Below are positions 6,710 to 16,700 of a DNA stretch of 32,532 nt, one piece after another. The notes under the pieces were generated by a model that saw only the letters and a list, made by a program, of their open reading frames with translations, did no database searches and was not told the DNA's origin. Position 1 is the stretch's first letter. Each line of letters starts with the position of its first letter. The DNA comes from an uncultured Anaerolinea sp. (lineage in GTDB: Bacteria; Chloroflexota; Anaerolineae; Anaerolineales; Anaerolineaceae), in assembly GCA_964456715.1 (NCBI GenBank), contig CAYWCH010000001.1, positions 1-32,532 of the forward strand. The letters run 5' to 3'. The position numbers and the translations under genes were made by a program.

Positions 6710-8293
6710 TTATGCCTTGCGGACTCGGGTGCGAATTTGCTCGTGCATGTACAACTGCAGATAGTGCAAACCGCCCGCGTTCTTTCCGGAGGAACCCGAG
6801 CCTTTCCATCCGCCGAAGGGTTGGAAACCAGGCCAGGCACCGGTGGTGGCACCCTGCGGACGGTTCGAATACGTCACACCGGCTTCGATCTTGTCGAAGA
6901 ACCATTCAGCTTCTTCTTCAGTACCGTAGAAACCAGCCGTCAGGCCGTAATCCACATCATTGGCGATCTTCATCGCCTCATCCAGTGAATTGACCTTACC
7001 CACCGTGGTGATGGGGACGAACATTTCCTGCTTCCACAGGCGGTGCGTAAACGGCGCTTCAGCGATGGTCGGTGCGCAGAAATAGCCTTTCACGTATTCG
7101 CCGTCGGTGAGTACCTTGCCGCCGGTGAGGATCTTGCCGTTCTGACGCAGATCTTCACTGAACTCTTGATAATCTGCATAGGACGACTTGTTGACCACCG
7201 GCCCCAGGAAGACGGAACGGTCGGTTGGATCACCGATCTTCAGCGCGTTGGTCTTCTCAATGATCTTGGCAACCAGTTCATCATAAACCGGGTCTTCGAT
7301 CAATACACGCGAAGCCGCCGAGCATTTCTGACCCTGCAATCCAAACGCTGAACGGACAATGCCGGAAACGGCGTCATCCAGGTTGGCGTGCCGTGAAACC
7401 ACCACCGGGTTCTTACCGCCCAATTCAAGAATGGCTGGGCGCACCCAGCGGCCGTTGGCAAAATTGCGGTAGATCTTCATGCCCACATCGAACGAGCCGG
7501 TGAAGGTGACACCGCATACATCCGGGCTATCCACCAGGGTCTGACCCACACTCGAGCCCGGACCGGTGACGTAGTTGACCACGCCATCCGGAATTCCGGC
7601 ATCGCGCAGGCATTCGCAGATCAGGCGGGTGGTCCACGGGGTATCCGAAGCGGGTTTGATCACCACGGTGTTCCCTGCCACCAGCGCAGAGCCGGTGGGG
7701 CCGCCGGTGAGGGCTGCCGGGAAGTTGAACGGGCTGATTACCAGCCAAACACCGTAAGGCCGCAGCACTGATTGGTTGGTGCTCTTGTACCCGGTCAGCG
7801 GATCGACGCCCATGGGGGTATCAAAACCGTTATTGGCTTCCATTCGATCGCAGGCATAGCGGAACAGGTCGGCCATCTCGGCCACGTCGCCCAAACCTTC
7901 CATGCGGTTCTTGCCGACTTCGAGAGAAACAGCCGATCCCATCTCGTAAATGCGCGCATCAATATTTGCGGCAGCCTTGCGGACCATCGCGACCCTGTCC
8001 TGCCATTTCATATGGCTCCAGACCGGGAATGCTTTTTTGGCGGCAGCGATGGCAGCCTTGGCATCATCCGCGGTACCTTTTTGGTATACTCCCAATACCA
8101 CGTCCGTGTTGGCCGGGGATCGGTCTTCGAGTTTTTCGTTACTCAAGACTTCCTTGCCACCAATGAACATGGCATATTCTTTACCATATTCAGCCCTGTG
8201 CTTGGCGAGCGCTTCATTGAATTTCGTGTGGAGCTCTTCCGGCGGGTTATACATAGTGGCGTATGTTAACTTGAATGCAGATTCTGCACACAT
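6710..8293 (-). CDS. pruA: Aldehyde dehydrogenase, probable L-glutamate gamma-semialdehyde (1-pyrroline-5-carboxylate) dehydrogenase, RocA/PruA-like
   Basis: ALDH motifs are present: VISPFNFP, the catalytic Glu in ELGGKN, and the catalytic Cys in GQKCSAASR. The C-terminal QPFGGWKGSGSSGKNAGG..YL is typical of the Bacillus/Thermus-type P5CDH clade. I prefer ATG 8293, preceded by AGGAGG 10 nt upstream, over the ORF-track start at 8329. Confidence 0.8.
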   Translation of the reverse strand: MCAESAFKLTYATMYNPPEELHTKFNEALAKHRAEYGKEYAMFIGGKEVLSNEKLEDRSPANTDVVLGVYQKGTADDAKAAIAAAKKAFPVWSHMKWQDRVAMVRKAAANIDARIYEMGSAVSLEVGKNRMEGLGDVAEMADLFRYACDRMEANNGFDTPMGVDPLTGYKSTNQSVLRPYGVWLVISPFNFPAALTGGPTGSALVAGNTVVIKPASDTPWTTRLICECLRDAGIPDGVVNYVTGPGSSVGQTLVDSPDVCGVTFTGSFDVGMKIYRNFANGRWVRPAILELGGKNPVVVSRHANLDDAVSGIVRSAFGLQGQKCSAASRVLIEDPVYDELVAKIIEKTNALKIGDPTDRSVFLGPVVNKSSYADYQEFSEDLRQNGKILTGGKVLTDGEYVKGYFCAPTIAEAPFTHRLWKQEMFVPITTVGKVNSLDEAMKIANDVDYGLTAGFYGTEEEAEWFFDKIEAGVTYSNRPQGATTGAWPGFQPFGGWKGSGSSGKNAGGLHYLQLYMHEQIRTRVRKA

Positions 8294-8347
8294 GCGAGTA
8301 TTTCCTCCTGAAAGGGGATAAATTGACAAGCTGTTCAGACGAATTTA

Positions 8348-8376
8348 AGTATAGCGCAGACGACATTACACGTCAA
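8348..8376 (-). promoter_or_regulatory. Candidate sigma70 promoter TTGACG-17 nt-TATACT for the ALDH operon
   Basis: On the minus strand: TTGACG (plus-strand 8371-8376), a 17-nt spacer, TATACT (plus-strand 8348-8353). It lies in the 92-nt gap between the ARH stop (8386) and ALDH ATG 8293. Confidence 0.45.
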
Positions 8377-8385
8377 AATAACAAA

Positions 8386-9342
8386 TTACACGTTTTTGTC
8401 ATTATCGCCGAGCGCCGCCAGCTTGTCGGCCAGATCGATAAAATCATCGAGGAACCACAATTTGCCGCTGCGCAGTGGATATTCGCCGTGGATGGCTTCC
8501 TTCCATCGCTTGGGAATTCCGCTCAGGCCGTAGAGTGCCCCCGCGATCGCGCCGGTGATGGCTCCTCCCGTGTCCGCGTCGTTGCCCAGATTCACCGCCT
8601 TGACAAGCGCCTCTTCGAAGGAAAGCGTGGTCATCGTCGCCCACAAAGCCGTTTCCAGGGTGTGCCGCACCCAGCCGCTATTCTTGAGGTCGTTGCGCAT
8701 GCGCACGGGTGCCAGATTCATCATTAATTGGAAATCTTCGTCGAAGGCCACCTGTTCAGTTGCCTGCCTGACCGCCTTGCGAATTACTTCAGCTGGTTGC
8801 CGGTCGGCTTCCTGCAAGATCTGGTACAGGATGAAATTCAACAGCAGCGATCCGTTGACGCAATCGGGGTGACAATGGGTCAGTTCCGTCTGCAGCGTGG
8901 TCTCAGATGTCAGCAAGCCAGGTTGCTTGTAGCGTGCAATTGCGATCGGCCAGGTGCGCATCAGACCGCCGTTGCTGGCATTATCCGGATCGGCGTCTTG
9001 GATCTGTTTGGCGGCTTTTTCCACCGGAACGCCGTTCGCGATCAATTTCAAAACCGCCGCGGTATGGATGCCGATATCCGGCGGCCGGCACTGGTACCAG
9101 GCCAAAAAACGTCCCGCCAGATCTTGCACGTCAAGCGGAGATGTAATGAGCAGGCTTTCAGAGAGCGCCAGCGACATTTCGGTATCGTCTGTAAACGATC
9201 CGGCCGGCAACGCCCCATTGATCATCTCGGTTTCCAGGTCGTAATCGGGACGTGGTGCCTGGAACTCAAGCGGCATCCCCAATGCATCACCCACCACAGC
9301 ACCCACCATGATCCCGCGTAATCGATCTTGAATATCGCTCAT
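8386..9342 (-). CDS. ADP-ribosylglycohydrolase (ARH/DraG) family protein with an intact binuclear metal site
   Basis: GAVVGDALGMPLEF, SFTDDTEMS and LGNDADTGGAITGAIAGALYG correspond to the Glu/Thr-Asp-Asp/Asp-x-Asp-Thr metal ligands of ARH3/DraG-type enzymes. The start codon overlaps the stop of the upstream GT4 gene (ATGA). Confidence 0.9.
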   Translation of the reverse strand: MSDIQDRLRGIMVGAVVGDALGMPLEFQAPRPDYDLETEMINGALPAGSFTDDTEMSLALSESLLITSPLDVQDLAGRFLAWYQCRPPDIGIHTAAVLKLIANGVPVEKAAKQIQDADPDNASNGGLMRTWPIAIARYKQPGLLTSETTLQTELTHCHPDCVNGSLLLNFILYQILQEADRQPAEVIRKAVRQATEQVAFDEDFQLMMNLAPVRMRNDLKNSGWVRHTLETALWATMTTLSFEEALVKAVNLGNDADTGGAITGAIAGALYGLSGIPKRWKEAIHGEYPLRSGKLWFLDDFIDLADKLAALGDNDKNV

Positions 9343-10517
9343 TTCACCACACTCTGATAAAAGGTATTGATGATCCCTGCCAGTTTCTTCCTGTCAGCCC
9401 GTTTATTTATTAATTCAAGATTGCTCTGACGCCAGTTTGCAAAACTGTCGGGGTTGGTCAGGAGTTGGTTGATCGCCGCGGCGACCGCTTCAGGGTCACC
9501 CGGCGGCACCAGTGCGCTGTTTACTCCCGGCTCGATCCACTCGCGGATCGATTCAATGTCGCCGCAGACTGGCAGGCAGCCCAACGCCATCGCCTCCAGC
9601 AGTGTGTTCGGTGTGCCGTCGTGCTCGCTGATGGAAACCATGATCGTCGAACGCGAAAATTGTTTCCAAAGTTCACCCTGTGATAAGAACGGCGCCAATT
9701 CCACATTGGCGGCAATCCCGAGCTTTTCCACCCAGTCCAGTGCCTCTTTTTGCCCGGCCATTGACGCGCAGAGAAAACGCACATCGGGATACTGCTTCAG
9801 AACCAGCGGGATCGCCTTGAAAAAGGTGTCAATACGCACAGAGGAGGGTCGGAACCCTCTCGGGTTGATTATCTGGATGGGCTTCGCGCACTTTTCTGGT
9901 TTGGCGACCTGCAGCATCGCGTCCAAATCCAGCCCGCCGTTGCCGACCACGACCAGAGTGGGTTTGTTGGGGTCGAGTCCCCACTGCCTCGCCAGTTGCA
10001 CGTCGCGCTGTGTATCTGAAAAGAGACCATCGGCGCGTTTCATCACCTGACGGGTCAATCTGCCCAGGGTTTTGTTGGCTGCCGCGTGCAGGGTGAGATC
10101 GTTCCCCCAGGTCGACACCAGCATGGGTATCCCCTTGGGAGTGGCCGCCGCCAGCATGCCCTCGTAGGGGATGCGCAAGGCATGGACCACGTCAGGCTGC
10201 AGTGCTGCCACGATCGCGCGAAGTTTTCGACGATAATATGGAACCGTCAACGGGCCTAAAGCATAACGCATGCCCGTCAGCAGCGGGCGAAAGCGGTTGA
10301 TCAACCCCTTGCGCGCAGAGGCTGAACCGGCTGTTTTTACCTGGCTGCCGCTGAAACTCGCGAAAGCAGCGGGCAACACCGCCGTCATTTCCACTCCATC
10401 AATGGGTGAACAAGGATATGTGCTCACCAGGCTGATGCGGTGACCTGTCAGTTTCAGCGTCTTGATCCAGCTCTTTGTGGTGGGACTGCGCCCATCGGCG
10501 ACAAGAAGAATATGCAT
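9339..10517 (-). CDS. Glycosyltransferase family 4 (GT-B fold, retaining type)
   Basis: 392 aa. The N-terminal MHILLVADGRSP is a GT-B Rossmann start. The C-terminal SEHDGTPNTLLEAMALGCLPVCGDI is an E/DX7E-like donor-binding motif. ATG at 10517. Confidence 0.85.
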   Translation of the reverse strand: MHILLVADGRSPTTKSWIKTLKLTGHRISLVSTYPCSPIDGVEMTAVLPAAFASFSGSQVKTAGSASARKGLINRFRPLLTGMRYALGPLTVPYYRRKLRAIVAALQPDVVHALRIPYEGMLAAATPKGIPMLVSTWGNDLTLHAAANKTLGRLTRQVMKRADGLFSDTQRDVQLARQWGLDPNKPTLVVVGNGGLDLDAMLQVAKPEKCAKPIQIINPRGFRPSSVRIDTFFKAIPLVLKQYPDVRFLCASMAGQKEALDWVEKLGIAANVELAPFLSQGELWKQFSRSTIMVSISEHDGTPNTLLEAMALGCLPVCGDIESIREWIEPGVNSALVPPGDPEAVAAAINQLLTNPDSFANWRQSNLELINKRADRKKLAGIINTFYQSVVK

Positions 10518-10588
10518 AAGGATATTTTAACGTGATTAATTGAATCGTGCTTTACCAACCCATTGAATTGTGAGCATAAACTCTATTG

Positions 10589-10609
10589 GTAATTTATTTG
10601 TAATTTATT
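10589..10609. repeat. Tandem 11-bp-phased direct repeat GTAATTTATT x2 in the divergent control region
   Basis: gtaatttatt occurs at 10589-10598 and again at 10600-10609, one helical turn apart. A second pair, attgaatcgtg (10539-10549) and attgaattgtg (10562-10572), is 23 bp apart. Confidence 0.6.
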
Positions 10610-10666
10610 GCATTATTATATAGAGTTGTTATCATTAAGTCATAATTGTTTTCACAAAGATGAAAT

Positions 10667-10675
10667 TGCTATAAT
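10667..10675 (+). promoter_or_regulatory. Candidate extended -10 promoter (TGcTATAAT) for the giant histidine kinase gene
   Basis: tgctataat at 10667-10675 matches TGnTATAAT exactly. There is a weak -35 (ttgttt, 10646-10651, 18-nt spacer). It lies about 54 nt upstream of ATG 10729. Confidence 0.4.
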
Positions 10676-10728
10676 AAAAATCATAAAGCCCTCATCGCTA
10701 CAATCATATTACCGAAGGATATCAAGTC

Positions 10729-13700
10729 ATGAAGAACCTCATTCCTGATGAAGTGGCTTCTCCGGAAAACAATTTCACTACCGAATCCGAAATAATGCAT
10801 CTTTACGATGATATCGGCTACGGGGTGCTGTTCCATTCACCTGACGGGACGATTATTAAGGCCAACAAGGCAGCCTGCCGCCTGCTCGGACTCCCTGCCA
10901 GTCAATTACTGGGGAAAAAGATCACCGATCCGCCCTGGCACTTTTTCCATGAGGATGGATCTCCTTTGCTCAAATCAGAAATGCCCTCCCACGCATCACC
11001 GAACGCAAAAGTTTATTCAGATCAGATCATCGTTGGGGTCTACTATTCTGAGTCGAAAAAAGTCCTTTGGATAAAAATTACTGTCAAACCTTTCTCTAGA
11101 CCCAATCCGGGTTCGTTAAGTAAAGTAATTTCAATCCTTACTGATCACAGCAAAGAACACCAACTTGAGGAACGGAGGAAGGAGTTAAAAGCCTTCACCT
11201 CCCTTACTCAATTGGCAGAACAAAAGGGACTCTCTCTGGATGATCTGTACCAAAAAACGATCGATATGCTGCCGGCATGCTGGCAATACCCATCGGTAAC
11301 CTGTGGCCGCATGGTCATCCATGGCAAAGAATACCGCACAGAAAATTATCGCGCAACTAAATGGGTTCAATCTTCGCCCATCAGTATCATGTCTGAGGTG
11401 ATTGGTTTCATCGAGGTTAGCTACCTGAAAGAACGGGTTCCCGAAAAGGAAGGACCCTTCCTGGCCGAGGAAAGAACCTTGCTGAATTCGATCGCCGAAA
11501 GGGTCGGCAGAATCGCTGAAAGGGTTCAGTCAGAACAGCAATTGCAAAAAGATAGGGATTTCCGCGATCTGGCGCTGCGTGCAGGAAACCTGGGGATTTG
11601 GAAGCATGATCTGGTGGCAGACAAAGTCTTCCTGGATGATCGTGCTCAAATACACTTTGGAATCGACAAACCGGTGATATCTTCACAGGAGTTCCTGAAC
11701 CGTATCCACCCGGACGATCTGCAGCGGACCTTCCAGGAATCGCAAAATGCGGCAAAGAAGAAACTGACCAGTCAAATCTCAACTGAATACCGTATTGTTC
11801 AACCGGATGGGAAATTCCGGTGGATCCTGACACAATCCAAAATTACTTATATTAAGACTCCTACGGGGCTCAAGCCGGTCTCTGCCACAGGGACTTCACA
11901 AGACATCACTGAACGCAAAGAAATGGAAGAGTCATTAAAACAAAAAACCCGTGCTTTGCGAGTGTTGACCAATTGTAATCAGGCCTTGATGCGCTTTGAT
12001 GATGAAATAAAACTGCTCAGTGAGATCTGCCGTATCGCCGTTGAAGATGGTGGCTACCGTATGGCCTGGGTTGGTTTCGCTCAACATGACGCCGAGAAAT
12101 CAGTGATTCCAGTGGCTGAACATGGATTTGAGGTTGGGTACCTCAAATCGGCTGCAATCACCTGGGCGGATACCGATCGCGGACAGGGACCCGGCGGCAC
12201 TGCGATTCGCACCAAGAAAACTTACGTGAACCAGAATATCCGCACAAATCCGAAATTTGCTCCCTGGCGTGAGGCAGCCCAAAAACAGGGATATAGTTCT
12301 TCAATCGCCTTGCCGATCATCGTAAAAAATGAAGCCATCGGTGCTTTTATGCTGTACAGTCAAGAACCCGAAGCCTTTGCTGAGGATGAACAGGAGTTAT
12401 TGAATGAATTGGTCCTGGATATTTCCTTCGGCATCGAGAACCTGAGGGCCAGACTTTTCCAAAAACAATTGCAGGTTGACCTGGATCAGGCATACAACCA
12501 GTACAAGCTCATCGCCGATAACACCGACGATGTCATCTGGGTTTGGGATGTGCAAACCAACTGCTATGCTTACATCAGCCCATCGGTTCAAAAAACCCAC
12601 TTGATCTCTCCCAAAGAAGCCATAAAGATGGATTTCAAGCAGGTGTTGACGCCGGAATCTGCCACCAAAGTGGGTGGCGTGATTGCCAAATCAATGCCAG
12701 CCATCCTGGCTGGAAGACCAACCCGTTCTACTACCCTCGAGCTCGATCAATTCCGGGCTGACGGCTCGATCATCCCCACTGAGACAACCGTTCGTCTTGT
12801 AAAAACATCCCAGGGACGCATCCAGATCGTTGGCATTTCCCGCGACATCAGCGAACGCAAGAAATTGGAGTCGGTCAACCGTGAAACCAGTGCCAGGCTC
12901 CAGGCTGCTCTGGGCAGTATGACGGATGCTGTTTTCATTTCTGATCTGCAGGGGAATTTCATCGAACTGAACGACGCGTTTGCTACTTTCCATAGATTTA
13001 AATCAAAAGAAGAACATGCCAAAACCATGGCTGAATACCCCGACTTCCTTGAAGTTTACCTGGCTGATGGCACTCTGGCACCCCCGGAGATGTGGGCAAT
13101 CCCGCGTGCCTTACGCGGCGAAATCGGGACGAATGTCGAATATGGCCAGAAGAGAAAAGATACCGGAGAAAGCTGGTTCAGCAGTTACAGCTTCGCTCCG
13201 ATCAGAGATGATAATGGCGAGATCATCGGTGCTGTGGCGGTCGGCCGTGATATCACTGAAAAGAAACGCATCGAGGAATTGCTGCGTAGAGCCAATCTGG
13301 ATTACCGGATGATTACAGAAAATACCGACGATGTCATCTGGTCTTTGGATGTGGAATCTGAGAGCTTTACTTACCTCAGCCCTTCCAATAATCGCCTGCT
13401 TGGTTTCAGTCCTGAAGAAGTGCTCGATCGGAAATTGGACGAGATATTGACACCCGAATCTTATGAAATAGCAAAAGATATTTTTACACGAAGTTCGGCT
13501 GCCTTTGCAAGAGGCGAACTACTTCGTTCTGATCCCATCGAATTATGGCAAAAACGAAAAGACAATTCTCTGGTTCCAACAGAAGTAAGAATAAACACCG
13601 CAATCGCCGAAGATGGTCGCCTTCAATTGGTGGGGATCACCCGTGATATCACCGAACGCAAGAAAGCAGAAGAAGCCCTGCGCCAGAGCGAAGAAAAATT

Positions 13701-16700
13701 CCGCACCACCTTCGATAACATGATCGAGGGCGTACAGATCCTCAGCAGCGACTTGTTGTATATGTACATCAACAATACTACCGAACAGCAGAGCCGCGTA
13801 AAGATAGAGGAACTGCTGGGTAAAAAATTCACAGAGGTGTGGCCGGGGATTGATGGCACTGAACTTTACAGCAACATGAATAAGTGCTTGAACGATCAGG
13901 TTCCTGTCAATATGGAGAACCTGTTTGCTTATCCGGATGGAACTTCGAGGTGGTTCAATTTAAAGATGCAGCCCATCCCTGAAGGATTGCTCATCCTCTC
14001 CGAAGAAATCACCGAACAAAAACGCGTCTTGGATGAGCTGCGAAAAACGACCGCCAATTACCAGTTGATCGCTGATCACAGCACTGACGTGATCTGGGTG
14101 ATTGACGCAGAGACCTTAAAATTTACCTATGTAAGCCCGTCTGTGGAAAAACTGCGCGGTTATACCTCCGATGAAGTATTACAGCAAACCGCCGCTGATT
14201 CGCTTACTCCTGCTTCGATGGCAATCGTTCAGAAATTGCTTACAGACAACCTCCCTGCCTTTATCAAGGATGGAATTTCACCATCGCTCACAATCGAGCT
14301 GGAACAACCCCATAAAAATGGCGCGATCGTTCCAACAGAGGTTTCCACCACCCTTGCTTATAACGAGAATGGAAAAATTCAAGTCATCGGAATTACCCGC
14401 GATATCACTGAACGCAAACGTGCTGAAGAAGCTCTGCGTATCAGCCGCGATACCAATCAGGCCATCCTGGACGCGACTCTCGAATCAATGTTCCTCATGG
14501 ACACCGATGGCACGATTCTTTCGGTTAATCAAACCGGAGCTGAAAGGCTGCATAAAACCCAGGAGCAAATGCGGGGAACAAATATCTTTACTCATTTTCC
14601 AGAATCGCTGGTAGAGTCAAGGCGAGTTGAATTCAAAAAGGTAATTGACACCGCATCCCCGGTGTCATTTGAAGACGAACGCGACGGCCAATACTTTCAG
14701 ATAAACCTTTATCCGGTCTTTGATCAAACAAGCAAAGTAAACCGGGTTGTATCATACGGCCGCGACGTTACCGAATCTCACAAAATTGAAGATACGTTGC
14801 GTCAGAACGAAGCAACAAAACGCGCAATCCTGAACTCGACCCTTGAATCGGTATTCATGGTCGATCTGCAAGGGAAGATCCTTTCCGTGAACCCGGCCGG
14901 CGCGCGACGAATGGGCAAGTCTCCCGAAGAATTGCTCGGACAAAATTTCTTTGCGTTGCTTCCCCCCAAGGTGGTAGAACTTCGAAAATCAAAGATTCAG
15001 GAAGTGATCCGTACAGGCAAGCCGGTGCTCTTTGAAGACGAGCGTGCCGGACGATATTACCAGAACAACATGTACCCGATCAAAGATGCAGACAATAATG
15101 TGAAGTCAGTTGTGTTTTATGCCAATGACACCACTGAAGCTTATCAGGCACGCGAAAAGCTGCTGGAAAGCGAAGAGAACAACCGCGCCATCCTCAACGC
15201 CACCCTCGAAGCAGTCTACCTGATCAAGCCAAATGGGGAAGTGATCATGGCCAATGAATCAGGGGCTCATCGTTACGGCTGCACAACTGAATCCATCCGT
15301 GGCCGCATTATTTATGATTTTGTCGGCAAGGAATTGGCTGCCATTCGACGAAAGAATGTCGCTGAAGCGACTAAATCAAAGAAACCTCTGTCGTTCGAAA
15401 ACACCGGTGATGGTAGAGTCTTTTTCAGCAATGTCTATCCTCTTTTTGATAAAAATGGCAAGGTCAATCGACTGGCAATCTATACCACAGATATTACTGA
15501 ACAAAAACTGGCAGAGATCGAAAGTCAGCAACACACCCAAGATGTTTCGCTGATCAATGACATCAATGCAGGGCTGAATGAGGACAAGAAGTTCAAACAA
15601 ATCACAGCATTGCTGGACGAGAGGATCAAGACAAATTTCAATGCCATGGGTGTGGCATTTTACCTGGTAAGTGATGATGGGAAATCTCTGTTAACATCCA
15701 GCTTCTCTCTTCCGCAGGGGCTCGAAAAAATGATCGAGGATTTGATTGGCGGGCACATCCCCGTAGTGAGTATACCCATTCATCCTCAAGGTGTTTATAG
15801 TGAGCCATTCTATTCGGGTAAATCTGCGATTATCACCGATAAAAACGCCATCGGCAGCCGCATTGCGGAGATCATTGAAGCAGATAAGGGATCAAAGAAA
15901 GTCAAATCACTGTATAAAAAATTGACGCCCACCATCATGAAGATGCTTAGAACCAAATCGATCATTGCAATCCCCCTTTTCTCAAATGATCGACCTCTCG
16001 GGCTTTTGGAAATTTCCAGCACGGATGTATTTTCTCAAAGAGATCTGGAGAGGCTGGAAGCTATCAGCCAGCAATTGACCTCGGCGATCGTTCGAAAACA
16101 AACCGAAGATGAGCTGCGAGCTGCCACGGAAAAATTCGAGGAGTTGGTCAACACCATCCCCCAAGTGTTCTGGATCATGGACAATCTGCAAAGAAAGATG
16201 GTCTATGTCAGCCCTACCATCGAGAAAATGTGGGGGATTAAGCCCGCTGAATATTTACTCGATCATTCCATAACAAGAAACAATATTTTTGCTGAAGACA
16301 TTGAACCGTTGACTTTCCTGGCTCAAAAGCGGATGCAAGGACAGGAAATCGAGGTTGAATACCGCATGCATCACCCGGACGGAACATTCCACTGGATTCG
16401 CGATCACAGCTATCCGGTCTTTGATGAAAAGAATAACTTGATTCGTACCATCGGTATGTTTACGGATATCACCGATCAGAAAAAAGCCGAACAGGAATTG
16501 CGCAGGAGCGAGGAAAAATATCGTGTTTTGATGGAAAGCCTCGATAACTCAATCACCATGGTTTCTGATAATGGCACAATCCTTTACATAAACGATGTGG
16601 GTGCCTACCAGGTTGGCAGGAACGCAAAAGGTGTTATCGGAAAGAGGCTTCATGATCTCTTCCCGACCAGTTTTGCCGATAGCCAGTTGCAGATTATCAA

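Noticed and set aside
5701-6905. N-terminal extensions in the ORF track for the two CoA-transferase subunits (starts at 5868 and 6905) and for the membrane protein (31331).
   Set aside because: The extensions overlap the upstream gene or an intergenic hairpin or promoter and read as Arg/Gly-rich nonsense. Internal ATGs with SD sequences (5700, 6653, 31481) give family-typical N-termini.
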